Assembly: GCA_965203805.1 (NCBI GenBank) | Contig: OZ241917.1 | Span: 4,160,001-4,224,000, forward strand | DNA: 64,000 nucleotides | Direction: 5' to 3' | Source of the DNA: Candidatus Latescibacterota bacterium | GTDB taxonomy: Bacteria; Latescibacterota; UBA2968; GCA-2709665 | In this document: positions 9,451-19,639 of the stretch, piece by piece | How positions within the stretch are numbered: position 1 is the stretch's first letter | Layout: the number at the start of each line of letters is the position of its first letter | Notes under the pieces: generated by a model | Database searches by the model: none | What the model was told of the DNA's origin: nothing | The model's input: the letters and a program-made list of their open reading frames with translations, nothing else | Position numbers and translations under genes: made by a program

Positions 9451-10818
9451 GTGCGGAAAAATTGGATGGGCAACGTCGCAATCATCGTCCTGGCGCTGGT
9501 AAATGTCGCTCTGTGGGTTGCTTTCACGCCGGCCGATGATGGAACCCGGGAGGGGTACGGTCGTCGGCTATTCTCTGAGATTCTCAGTTCGACCGCGATG
9601 GTCCTGATGGCATCCGCCCTGTTCCTTTCGACCCGGCCGCGGTACCTTGAATCATTCTTCGGCGGCCTGGACAAGATGTATCACGCCCACAAGAACGCGG
9701 CGATGGCAGCCCTTCTGCTGGTCGTGGCCCACTTTCTGATCATGCCCCTGGGCGGCGATGATGATGAATTAGAAGAAGCCGCTGAATCTTTATCGCCCTT
9801 TGTGGAGTTCCTGGCCGATATCTTCGGCGCGTCGCCCGTCCTGGAAAGCCTGGGCGAGGTCCTGGGCCTGGTCGCCTTTGCCGGGCTTCTCGCGCTGGTC
9901 CTGCTGACCGTTGCGCCGAGATTGCCTCTGATCGGGTCATTTACCCGCTTCTCCTACAGCAGATGGCTCAAGACACACAAGTTCATAGGAATCTTCTTCA
10001 TCATCGGGTTTTTTCACTCATTGACGGTTGACGCCCTTGTTCTCGCCGAACCGGTTCTCCTCGTCTATTTGACCGCCGCCTCTATCGTGGGAGCGATCTG
10101 TTATCTGTACACGGAAATACTGGCCGTCTTTTTCAGGAAGAGGTTCTCGTTTGTCGTGGAAGCCGTCCGAAGACTGAACGGAACCACTATGGAAGTAGCG
10201 CTGAAACCGCTGGCGGAAAAGCCGCGCTTCACGGCGGGACAGTTCGCCTTTGTGAGTTTTCCAGGCGATAAGGCGATGAAAGAACCCCATCCTTTCACGG
10301 TATGCTCTTCTCCCAATGAAGAAAATATGCGTTTTGCGATTAAGGCTTCCGGCGATTGGACGCGGCAGCTGAACGCCCACCTGCAGTGCGGGGCTCGGGC
10401 GAGGGTGGACGGCTGCTACGGCAGATTCAACTATAAAACGGGCGGTCGGGAACAGATATGGATCGCCGGCGGCATTGGAATCACCCCCTTCATGAGTTGG
10501 ATCCGGGATTTCGAGGACGGGCCCGATGCCGACGTGGAGATGTTTTACACGGTTCGCGGTGAAGGGGATTTGCTGTTTTCGGATGAGATCGCATCGGCTG
10601 GCAGCCGATATGATCATTTCCGTCACCATATCAAGGTTTCATCTCAGGACGGCAACCTTACAGTCGAAGAGATCGCGTCCCGGTGCCAGGGCGAAATCAG
10701 GGACAGGCACGTTTATATGTGCGGGCCAATTGCCATGATGGATTCAATGGAACGCCAATTCAAGAAAATGCGCGTGCCCGCTGAAAATATCCACTACGAA
10801 GAATTCAACTTCCGTTAG
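9451..10818 (+). CDS. Ferric reductase-like transmembrane, FAD/NAD(P)-binding oxidoreductase
   Basis: TM helices with His pairs; HPFT, AGGIGITP, YMCGP and terminal EEFNFR motifs. Confidence 0.9.
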   Translation: MRKNWMGNVAIIVLALVNVALWVAFTPADDGTREGYGRRLFSEILSSTAMVLMASALFLSTRPRYLESFFGGLDKMYHAHKNAAMAALLLVVAHFLIMPLGGDDDELEEAAESLSPFVEFLADIFGASPVLESLGEVLGLVAFAGLLALVLLTVAPRLPLIGSFTRFSYSRWLKTHKFIGIFFIIGFFHSLTVDALVLAEPVLLVYLTAASIVGAICYLYTEILAVFFRKRFSFVVEAVRRLNGTTMEVALKPLAEKPRFTAGQFAFVSFPGDKAMKEPHPFTVCSSPNEENMRFAIKASGDWTRQLNAHLQCGARARVDGCYGRFNYKTGGREQIWIAGGIGITPFMSWIRDFEDGPDADVEMFYTVRGEGDLLFSDEIASAGSRYDHFRHHIKVSSQDGNLTVEEIASRCQGEIRDRHVYMCGPIAMMDSMERQFKKMRVPAENIHYEEFNFR

Positions 10819-10849
10819 AAGCTACTTGGCCCCATTCATTCATGAGACG

Positions 10850-11036
10850 GAACAAACATGGATGGACAGGATGAAAACCAAAAGCACGAGAAAACGAACA
10901 TCAGAAACTACGAAACACGCGAAAAAAACGAAAAATCCGTGGCTGAAATCAATTGCCACAAGAGGCCTGCCTGCATGCGACGCACAGGCAGGCGTCAAGG
11001 TTGCATTTGTAGGGGCGACCGGCCGGTCGCCCCTAC
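10850..11036. repeat. Intergenic repeat (ATGGATGGACAGGAT type) with mini-palindrome and GTAG REP
   Basis: About 110 bp similar to 17295-17420; perfect palindrome 11009-11036; short copies at 8331, 16415, 54946. Confidence 0.8.
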
Positions 11037-11123
11037 ATAAAGGCATGCATCCGCCCTCCGTATCCATTTTTTCGATTTCGCCGAGACTGGCTACGGTCGG
11101 CCGGTGTCCTTGACCAACTGAGA

Positions 11124-11423
11124 TTACCGATACCCATTCTGTCTTCCCCGTCGCAGCGCGCGTTTCTGGTCCGCGGGGAGTGAGGGATAGGCCGTGATGA
11201 CGCGTTCGTCTCGGATGACGACCTTGCGATTCTTAAGCCGTTCCAGCGTCTGAATCTCCCGTTTTCGGTTCGCGATCTCGCGCGCGACGTCCTGCCTTCG
11301 CATCAGCCACGTATCCCTGTCGACCGGTGTACCGAATTGCTGAATCAGCCGGATATCTCTTCCGCGAAAGCCCCGCTGCTGGGTGCGCGTCCGGCCGTGG
11401 CGGGTGTAGGCGATGGCGCTCAT
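11124..11423 (-). CDS. DUF4258-like small basic protein (putative toxin)
   Basis: YTRHGRTRTQQRG N-terminus and VITAY C-terminus; ATGA overlap with the upstream gene. Confidence 0.65.
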   Translation of the reverse strand: MSAIAYTRHGRTRTQQRGFRGRDIRLIQQFGTPVDRDTWLMRRQDVAREIANRKREIQTLERLKNRKVVIRDERVITAYPSLPADQKRALRRGRQNGYR

Positions 11424-12460
11424 TGTTCGTCTCCTTCGTTTTCGGTTTCGGGCTTGCTCATTCCAGGCTCATTCTCTTCTAACATCTTTTTTGTTTTCGA
11501 GCTTACCAGAACCGGGGCTAATTCCTTCAGGAAATCTGCCAATTCCTCCTCATTCATGCCGCTGAATTTCTCGGACATTCTGTCTTCAAGCCACTTCTGA
11601 CGCTCTTCGTGTTTGGCTTCCTCCATCAATTCCTCAGGTACCTCGGACAGCCGCAAGAATCCCATTTCCAGGGCCGCCCTGCCAACAGGGGACGCGTTGG
11701 TGATCCTGTCCAGTTCCTCGTCGCAGATACCGTAGTACGGGAACCTGAATTCCACCCGAAAGTCGAGTTCGCCATCGTCCACCGTAACGGACTCGGGAAT
11801 ATCGAGGTCGGCGGCCAATATGTGCAAATAATCTGCGAATGGGTTTTCTTCACTCAGATCGAAAAAGTTACGATCGACAAGTGTGCCATCCGGGTCGTCG
11901 AGCAGACGTTTGCCGAATAGATCGGCCCTGCGGATGGATTCTTCTTCTCGATCGACCCCATGGTACACGGCCTCGTGAAGGCCGGTATCCAGCCCCCCCC
12001 GCCAGTACCCGCCGATCTGTTCCAATTGCCGGATTGCCTCTCGCGCTTCTTTTAATTTCTCTCGCCGCCAGGCGAGGCTGCCCTCGGCCAGAAGGGTGAA
12101 CAACAGCGGCGCCATGGTGATTACATCGGTTGCGGTGACGCCGTATCGGCGTTTTATAAGGTCATAAGCGAGTCGGGCTTTGGGGGCGATCTGCGCGCCG
12201 ATACGGACCGGGTCCGGCTCGGTGTCCGGGACCCTATCGGCGTCCGGCATGTCCAACTCGCCTGTGAGCACACCCGGTTCGACGTCGAGTGCTTTGGCGA
12301 GACGGAGCACGGTGTCTTCTCGCGTCGTTTTGCATTTATCAGGTTCTTTTTCCAGGCGTTGAACTGTCCGCGCATTGATACCAGCCATATCTGCAAGCCG
12401 CTGGATTGACAAGGGTTTCGATTTACGCAATCTGCGCAAACATTCATGATCTATTTTCAT
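11420..12460 (-). CDS. XRE-family HTH protein with long acidic C-terminal domain
   Basis: LRRLRK...SIQRLADMAGINARTVQRLE; AAGGAG RBS. Confidence 0.85.
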   Translation of the reverse strand: MKIDHECLRRLRKSKPLSIQRLADMAGINARTVQRLEKEPDKCKTTREDTVLRLAKALDVEPGVLTGELDMPDADRVPDTEPDPVRIGAQIAPKARLAYDLIKRRYGVTATDVITMAPLLFTLLAEGSLAWRREKLKEAREAIRQLEQIGGYWRGGLDTGLHEAVYHGVDREEESIRRADLFGKRLLDDPDGTLVDRNFFDLSEENPFADYLHILAADLDIPESVTVDDGELDFRVEFRFPYYGICDEELDRITNASPVGRAALEMGFLRLSEVPEELMEEAKHEERQKWLEDRMSEKFSGMNEEELADFLKELAPVLVSSKTKKMLEENEPGMSKPETENEGDEQ

Positions 12461-12893
12461 TGGGAAGCTCCTTCGGTTGATTGTCGCGAAGCCCGATTCA
12501 ATTGACACAAATAAAATACCTTGAAAAAATACAAATTACAAGAGGGTATATATTGAAATAATCAAGAAAACTTAAATATTAAATAGGCTATATTTGATAA
12601 AATGTCGGGATTCACGTCCTGCGATCAGGATTCGGCATCCTGCCGAAACGATTTGGTGCAGACATACCCGGACATTTCGTTACCGTACGCAACGAACGGT
12701 ATTCCTCAATGAATGGCAAGCCGGCGACCGGTCGATGAACCGCTGTTTTTCTCTCCCTCTCCCCCGGGAGAGGTCCGCGCCCCGCTGCATGACTTTCTCG
12801 CCGGCGTGACGGCTTTTGTTTATCATGCGGTATATATCCCCGTGCAGGTCGTTTGTGAGCCGTCTCGCCACTCGCTGATTGAACGACAATCTT

Positions 12894-14864
12894 ATGCCTC
12901 GTGAAGGTCCCCCAAGAATTCGCAATCTCGGTATCCTCGCACACGTCGATGCCGGCAAGACGACCCTGACTGAGAATTTGCTGTTTCTCAGCGGCGCCAT
13001 CCGTTCTCCCGGAAATGTCGACAAAGGGACCAGCCTCTCCGATGCGCTCGACGTGGAAAGGCGGCGAGGGATCTCGGTCCGGGCATCGTCGATGTCATTC
13101 GAGTGGGAGGGCGTGAGGATCAACCTGATCGATACGCCGGGGCACGTCGATTTCTCCGCCGAAGTCGAACGGTCGCTTCGGGTGCTGGATTGCGCCGTGC
13201 TCGTTCTTTCCGCGGTCGAAGGCATCCAGGCCCAGACGGAGACTATATGGGCCGCGCTGGAAGCGCTGAACATACCTGTCATCCTGTTCGTGAACAAACT
13301 GGATCGGATCGGCGCGGATACGGCGAGGGTCGTCGATGATCTGAAGCGTCGTTTTTCACGCGACGTGATTCCGGTCAATCAGCCGGAGAAGGAAGGCGAA
13401 TCGGACGCTGGTATCGCCAGTCTGAACCCGGACGGTCAAACCGCCCTCACAGAGAGCGTCGCGGCGAAGGACGATGTGCTCCTGGAGCGATTCCTGAACG
13501 AAAAGCCGATTTCACGAGCAGAGATCGAGAAGGTGATTGCGGCTTGCACGGCAAAGAGAGAACTGTTTCCCATGCTCTGCGGCGTGGCAAAGAACATGAT
13601 CGGAACGGAGGAACTGCTGGGAAAGATCGTGGCCTGGTTCCCCGATGCGGATGCCGACGACTCACGTCCGCCTTCCGGTGTGGTGTTCAAGCTCGACCAC
13701 GATCCGAAACTTGGGCGCATCGCCGGCGTTCGCCTCTATGCAGGACGACTCCAAAACAGGGATATCATCCGGAACGTTACGGCGGATCGCGACGAGAAGA
13801 TTACGCAGATCAAGAAATCCTATCTCAATCGATACGAGGACACGAGTGCCCTCTCCGCCGGCGACATCGGTTTCTTGTGCGGGATGCCTGAGGCGAAGAT
13901 CGGCGACGTCCTGGGCGACCCGGGTTCCATCCCCGGGTCCTGCGAACTCGGAGAGCCCCTGCTGTCGGTTCAGGCAATCCCGGTAGACGAGGCGGATCAT
14001 TCCCGGCTGGCCGCGGCGCTGCAACAGTTGTCGAGCGAAGACCCTCGCCTCAACTACACGTGGTTCGAGGATGAACGCGAACTGCACGTGAGGATCATGG
14101 GCCCTGTTCAGGCGGAAATCCTGAAGGAAATGCTCGATGCGCGATTCGGCATCCAGGCGCGGTTCAATGACCCGATGGTCATTTACAAGGAGACGCCTGC
14201 TTCCGTTGGATACGGTATCGAGCGCTACACGATGCCGAAACCGTGTTGGGCCATCGTGAAGTATCGGATCGAACCGGGCGAGCCGGGAAGCGGTGTCGTT
14301 TATTCGTCACAGGTCGGCGTCAACGATATCAAGGCACGATTTCAGAAGGAGATCGAAAGATCGATCGAGGGCGCGCTCAGGCAGGGAATCAAGGGATGGG
14401 AAGTCACGGATCTGAAGATTACCCTGGTGGAGGGAAGCGATCACGTTCTGCACAGCCGCGCGGGCAATTTCAAACTGGCAACCAATATCGCGGTGCTGAA
14501 AGGGCTGACCGCGACCGGGTCGATTCTGCTCGAACCGATACTGTCGTTCAAAATCTCGGTGGCCGAGGCCTACGTTGGAAGAATCACGTCCGATATCATC
14601 AACGCGCGCGGCGCCTTCGATCCCATAGAGGCAGACGGAGGTGCGCTATCGGTTACGGGACGAGTACCCCTGGCGACTTCAATGGACTATCCCATCCGGC
14701 TGAACTCGTTGACTGGCGGAACGGCGAAATTCTCCTTCAAGTACGACGGATATGAGCCGTGCCCGCCGGGCGTGGGCGTCGTGCGGCCCTACAAGGGGAT
14801 ATCGCCGCTGGACCGGGCGAAGTACATCCTGAAGATGCGAGGGGCGGTAACGGAAGCCGTTTGA
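12894..14864 (+). CDS. TetM/TetO-like ribosomal-protection-family GTPase (EF-G paralog)
   Basis: AHVDAGKTT, RGIS, DTPGH and NKLD motifs; about 656 aa; RPP-like C-terminal tail. Confidence 0.85.
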   Translation: MPREGPPRIRNLGILAHVDAGKTTLTENLLFLSGAIRSPGNVDKGTSLSDALDVERRRGISVRASSMSFEWEGVRINLIDTPGHVDFSAEVERSLRVLDCAVLVLSAVEGIQAQTETIWAALEALNIPVILFVNKLDRIGADTARVVDDLKRRFSRDVIPVNQPEKEGESDAGIASLNPDGQTALTESVAAKDDVLLERFLNEKPISRAEIEKVIAACTAKRELFPMLCGVAKNMIGTEELLGKIVAWFPDADADDSRPPSGVVFKLDHDPKLGRIAGVRLYAGRLQNRDIIRNVTADRDEKITQIKKSYLNRYEDTSALSAGDIGFLCGMPEAKIGDVLGDPGSIPGSCELGEPLLSVQAIPVDEADHSRLAAALQQLSSEDPRLNYTWFEDERELHVRIMGPVQAEILKEMLDARFGIQARFNDPMVIYKETPASVGYGIERYTMPKPCWAIVKYRIEPGEPGSGVVYSSQVGVNDIKARFQKEIERSIEGALRQGIKGWEVTDLKITLVEGSDHVLHSRAGNFKLATNIAVLKGLTATGSILLEPILSFKISVAEAYVGRITSDIINARGAFDPIEADGGALSVTGRVPLATSMDYPIRLNSLTGGTAKFSFKYDGYEPCPPGVGVVRPYKGISPLDRAKYILKMRGAVTEAV

Positions 14865-15059
14865 AGCTATTGCCGGGTATCAGGGAGGCACGGGGCGTGA
14901 GGGACCAAGAAGCGGGGAGACGTGAGCCGGGAGCCGGGAGATGACGTCCTTGCCCAATTGGTTCTTCCTTTGAGCCACAGGCAAGAAATCAATCCGCACG
15001 GGGCAAGCGATCTCTCCCCTCTTCCGTCTTCAGTCTTTCCGCCTTTTGATGGTTGTGTT

Positions 15060-15142
15060 TCCCTTTGTGTCTTTGTGCCTTTGTGTGAGCTGGTTTTCGT
15101 TTTTCTGACCACTGACCACTGATCGCTGACCGCTAACAGCTG
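15060..15142. repeat. Short tandem repeats (CTTTGTGY octamers, CTGACCA/CTGATCG heptamers)
   Basis: Direct reading; related copies at 16160-16201 and 17579-17600. Confidence 0.7.
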
Positions 15143-15310
15143 TTAGCCGACTTTCCCCTCGCCAGAAACCCCTTGTTCCATCTGCCGGAATCAGATATAC
15201 TCCCGTTCGCCCTCGTGATACCCCAAACCCGCTGCGATGGGCGCGTTCCGTGACGGTAGAACGACCCGTCCCGGCGCCGCGCCGTCGCGGTGTTCTCTTT
15301 TGTACCGTGG

Positions 15311-16114
15311 ATGCAAAACTCACCCGTTATTACCGTTGAAAATGCGTGCAAGACCTTTGCCGGGGACCGAGGCGAGGTCCAGGCCCTGGACGGCTTCGAT
15401 ATGGCCGTGCGGGAAGGGCAGTTCGTCTCCATCGTCGGTCCCAGCGGCTGCGGCAAGAGCACCCTGCTCTGGGCCATGGCGGCGCTCTGGCCGCTTTCCG
15501 ACGGGAAGATTACCGTCAATGGGCGGGAGGTCCTGGAACCGCGGCGGGAAATCGGTATGGTCTTCCAGACCTCCAACCTGCTGCCGTGGCGCAATCTGCT
15601 GCAGAATATCCGGTTTCCGTTCGAGATTATGAGGGAAGATCCGGAACAATACCGGGACCGTATCGACGAGTTGATCGAAATCACCGCCCTGAAGGGTTTC
15701 GAGCGTCACTATCCGGGCGAACTCTCGGGCGGCATGCAGCAGCGGGCGTCCATCGTCCGGGCGCTGGCATACGACCCCGGGGTCCTGCTGATGGACGAGC
15801 CCTTCGGCGCCCTGGATGCCTTCACCCGGGACGAAATGAACCTGATGCTCCTCAACATCTGGGAGCAGTCCCGCAAAACCATCGTCTTCGTCACCCATCA
15901 GATTCCGGAAGCCGTCTACCTCTCGGACCGGGTCTACGTGATGACCCCGCGCCCGGGCCGGAACTCGAAAATCTACGACATCGACTTGCCCCGCCCGCGC
16001 CCGTTATCCGTTACCGCCGAACCCCATTTCTTTGAAATCGTCGCCGAAATCAAACAGACCATCTTCCACGACGTCCAGAACGACGCCGCGCCGGCGTTGA
16101 CGTTGCATTCGTAG
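15311..16114 (+). CDS. ABC transporter ATP-binding protein (NitT/TauT family)
   Basis: GPSGCGKS, LSGGMQQR, LLMDEPF. Confidence 0.95.
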   Translation: MQNSPVITVENACKTFAGDRGEVQALDGFDMAVREGQFVSIVGPSGCGKSTLLWAMAALWPLSDGKITVNGREVLEPRREIGMVFQTSNLLPWRNLLQNIRFPFEIMREDPEQYRDRIDELIEITALKGFERHYPGELSGGMQQRASIVRALAYDPGVLLMDEPFGALDAFTRDEMNLMLLNIWEQSRKTIVFVTHQIPEAVYLSDRVYVMTPRPGRNSKIYDIDLPRPRPLSVTAEPHFFEIVAEIKQTIFHDVQNDAAPALTLHS

Positions 16115-16223
16115 GGGCAACCCTTGTGGTTGCCCGTCTTTCGGTCGTTTCCGGTTTCCCTTTGCGTCTTCGTGTCTTTGTGTGAGTTGATCGCTGACAG
16201 CTTTCATTAATGGTTCGACCTAT

Positions 16224-16469
16224 GGTGAATTATTCACGAAAACCCATGGTTTTGGTGTATAACGGGTTGTTTTTCAATAAATTCAGCGAAGTATTATGCG
16301 ACAGCATTTCATGAATTACAAAATTGATTGGTCAGGGTGATGTTTCGTAGCCCACGGAGGCAAGGATCCATCGGTTTGGCCCGAAATCGTGAGCATTTGT
16401 CCTGCTCTTGGTCTTTATCCTGTTCATCCTGTCCATCCATGTAAGTTCATGTTTAGTGAATTATTCAGG
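16224..16469. mobile_element. IS1380-type MITE
   Basis: Ends GGTGAATTATTCACGAA / TTAGTGAATTATTCAGG resemble the IS1380 IRs; CTAT on both flanks. Confidence 0.55.
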
Positions 16470-16471
16470 CT

Positions 16472-17272
16472 ATGACCGATAATCGCGAAAAACAACCCAT
16501 CAACTGGTCCGCGCTGACTTCGATGCGTTTCGCCGGCGTACAGGTGGCCGTGATCGTGGGTGTGGCGGTGGCTGTCGTGGCGGCATCCGAACTCGTGGTC
16601 CGCGCGTGGGACATCCCGTCCTACGTCTTCCCGCTTCCCAGCGAGATCGCTACCGCCCTGTACCGGTCCTTTCCGCTACTCTGGCCGCACCTGCTCGTTA
16701 CGCTTCAGGAACTGGGCCTGGGATACGTTACCGGGGCGGTCGCGGGCATCCTCCTGGCTGCGCTGATCACCCAGTTTCCGTTCGTGGAAAAGATCGTCAC
16801 GCCGTATATCCTGATTCTGGTCACCACGCCCATGCTCGCCCTGGTGCCGCTGCTGATCCTCAAATTCGGCTTCGGCCAGACGCCCCGGGTCATCGCGGTG
16901 GCGCTCGCCGTCGGCCCAATGGTCATGATCAACGCCGCCACCGGCTTCCGCCGGACCGACCTGGCGAAGATCGCGCTGGCCCGCTCGTACGGCGCCTCGA
17001 CGCTCCAGATTTTCCGCAAGGTCCGCTTTCCGCTCGCGCTGCCGATGATCATTGTCGGCCTGATGGTCGGCGGCATCTTCGGCCTGCTGACCGCGATCGG
17101 CGCGGAGATGGTGGGCGGCGGGTCCGGCCTTGGCAATCGCCTGGTCTATTACTCCTCGCTCGCGCGCATGGCCAGCTTTTTCGCAGTGATCATTCTCATT
17201 GCCGCGATCGGGATCGGCCTGTACGTCGCCTTTTACCTGATCGGCAAGAAGTGGGCGAATTGGGAAAATTAG
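16472..17272 (+). CDS. ABC transporter permease (NitT/TauT family)
   Basis: Multiple TM helices; LARSYGAS...KVRFPLALP EAA loop. Confidence 0.93.
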   Translation: MTDNREKQPINWSALTSMRFAGVQVAVIVGVAVAVVAASELVVRAWDIPSYVFPLPSEIATALYRSFPLLWPHLLVTLQELGLGYVTGAVAGILLAALITQFPFVEKIVTPYILILVTTPMLALVPLLILKFGFGQTPRVIAVALAVGPMVMINAATGFRRTDLAKIALARSYGASTLQIFRKVRFPLALPMIIVGLMVGGIFGLLTAIGAEMVGGGSGLGNRLVYYSSLARMASFFAVIILIAAIGIGLYVAFYLIGKKWANWEN

Positions 17273-17294
17273 CCGATTGAAAGCGAAATCAGGA

Positions 17295-17472
17295 CAAACA
17301 TGGATGGACAGGATAGACAGGATGAAAACCAAAAAGCACGAGAAAACGAACATCAGAAACTACGAAATACACGAAAAAACGCGAAAAATAGGTGGCTGAA
17401 GTTCGTTACCACAAGGGGCCTGCCTGCAGCGCCTGTCTGCGTGCGTACACGCACAGGCAGGCAGGGCACTGC
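17295..17472. repeat. Intergenic repeat with doubly nested mini-palindrome
   Basis: Paralog of 10850-10995; nested element 17419-17471. Confidence 0.8.
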
Positions 17473-17663
17473 GCAGGCGGGCACAAAAACAGCTAATCTG
17501 TTACAGGGCGTATAGCCGATAGACAAGGAATACCCTGCAGGGTCACGGCGTTACGACACACGACGTTTGGCGTTTATACCTTTTGTGCTTTTTGTGGCTG
17601 AATTAGCGCTTATCTTTTTCGCATTGAGGTTAAGTATACCGTTACCATAAGGGAGGAAAGCAC

Positions 17664-18776
17664 ATGAGAAGAGACACCTTCACCCGCCGCGAATTTCTGG
17701 GATATTCATCGGCCCTGGGCGTCATGCTCTGTATCCCCGCGAACCCGCTGAATGCAGGGGAAGCCGACAGAATCGTGTGGGTTTCCCCGCGTGGAAACCT
17801 GGAGGTGATGGATGACTTCAACCTGTGGGTGGCCCACGAAATGGGTTATTTCAAGGAGCTGAACCTGGACGTGGTGCTGCAGCCCGGTCCCACGGAAGCA
17901 TTGGCGGTAACCAAACTGGTGGGCCAGAAGCAGGCTGACATGGGTTTCCCGTCTCCCGGCGTTCTGCTATCCAGCATCGACGCGGGGATCCCGGTCGTCC
18001 TCGTGTGGGAGATGGTCATGAAACAGGTCTTCGACTTCGCCCTGCCCGAAGACAGTCCCATCACGAAGGTCCAGGACCTGGCAGGGAAGAAAATCGCCGT
18101 CGCTTCCGAAGGCTGGCGCTTGATCATCGATCCCATCCTGGTTGAAGCGGGGCTCGATCCCAAGTCGGTGACCTATCTGCCTGGCGGCCCGCAATGGGGC
18201 CAGATGGTCGCCCTGGGGCGGGCCGACGCGGGGCTTGCATGGCGAGGCCTAGCGGCCCAGTGGAAGGCCCTGGGAATGAAGCTCAAATTCCTTGTGGGGA
18301 TGGAGTTCTCCAATCATCCTTCCAACGGCTACGCCATCCACCGCGACGATCTGAAAGACGAGACCCGCGTGGGTATCTGGACGCGCTTCTTCAAGGCCAA
18401 CTGTCTGGCGTACGAGTTTACGCGGGCCAACCCCCGTGCGGCCGGTCAGATCACCTACGGCCGGTTTCCGGCGCTGCGGGAACAGATGGCGCCGCAGCTT
18501 GCGCTGGACTCGATGCTCGAGTTGGGCACCATCTACTTCGACGGCGACCGTATCGGGAAAGGGTACGGATACAGCGATATGGCGTCCTGGCAGGCCTACA
18601 TCGACACCGTCCACAAACTCGGGCAGATCGAGAATCACTACAAGGCCGAGGACGTTGTCAGCAACGCCTTCGTCAAGGAAGCCAACAACATTGACCGCGT
18701 CCGCGCCCGCGCGGAAGGGAAGGCGTTCGAACTGAGCGATGACTTCAAGGATCTGAAGGTCAATTATCCGGTTTAA
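17664..18776 (+). CDS. ABC substrate-binding protein (NMT1/THI5-like) with Tat signal
   Basis: TRREFL twin-arginine signal; GYFKELNLDV and DLAGKKIAV. Confidence 0.92.
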   Translation: MRRDTFTRREFLGYSSALGVMLCIPANPLNAGEADRIVWVSPRGNLEVMDDFNLWVAHEMGYFKELNLDVVLQPGPTEALAVTKLVGQKQADMGFPSPGVLLSSIDAGIPVVLVWEMVMKQVFDFALPEDSPITKVQDLAGKKIAVASEGWRLIIDPILVEAGLDPKSVTYLPGGPQWGQMVALGRADAGLAWRGLAAQWKALGMKLKFLVGMEFSNHPSNGYAIHRDDLKDETRVGIWTRFFKANCLAYEFTRANPRAAGQITYGRFPALREQMAPQLALDSMLELGTIYFDGDRIGKGYGYSDMASWQAYIDTVHKLGQIENHYKAEDVVSNAFVKEANNIDRVRARAEGKAFELSDDFKDLKVNYPV

Positions 18777-18934
18777 GGAGGAACGTCGCGGACATACTTC
18801 CGCTTGTCGGTCCTGCTATGGATTCTCTATAGCGTTCCGGCAGGTCGCCTGCCAGCGGACAAACACCTTTTGGAACTAACCTCCGGTAGAACAAGATTTT
18901 AACCTCTCTCACAAACTCTTTTTTTATCTTCGTC

Positions 18935-19490
18935 CTTTTTCTTGTACGCCCAAGAAAAAGGACCAAAAAGAACGGCGCCTGCCTGCCGAGCAGGCTTCGG
19001 CGCAGGCAGGCCGCTCGGCGCGGGGCCGGTTTTTCCGTGAACCACCTCAGTGGTAACAACGGAAATATGCACCCCTGTCACCGGACCAGCCCTGTCGGAT
19101 CTATGTTGCTGGACGGATTTGCACGGAAAAACCCCCCACACCGCCACCGTTCGCCTGACTGGACTGTACGATATTCAATGCATTTTCTGTCTTAACGATT
19201 AAGCGCTTGCGAACCTCTCGCGCTGTCCTCATCATTCAGACGCAAATCGCTTTACGAAGGGATGTCATGACTAGAGGACTACCAGAGCAGAGCGCGCTGA
19301 CCCGTCCAGCGACATGGTTCTATGTGCCACCGAGGGTGTCAGGGCAGAGGATTCTGTGCATCCTCTGAGGGTATTCGCGCTATGCATATGGCAGGCCCCG
19401 CCTGCCTGCCGCGCGGGGCTTGGCGCAGGCAGGCGCCCAGCGGCGACTTTTGGTTCCTTTTGGTCGCTTCAAAAGGAACCCGCCGGAGGC
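18935..19490. repeat. Long MITE-like intergenic element with palindromic ends, carrying two mini-palindrome inserts
   Basis: TTTTTCTTGTACGCCCAAGAAAAAGGACCAAAAAG versus CTTTTGGTTCCTTTTGGTCGCTTCAAAAGG; inserts at 18978-19010 and 19401-19433. Confidence 0.5.
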
Positions 19491-19639
19491 AGGGAATTTG
19501 GGGAAAAGGGGATTTTGACTTTGATTTTCGCTTTTGATTCAAGTTGACGGCTGACGACTGATAGCCTCTCGTTCACGGGAAACCAATTCGTATACGCTCG
19601 AAATGCCTCTTGAGAGGACTTTCACAGGAGACAATGGCG

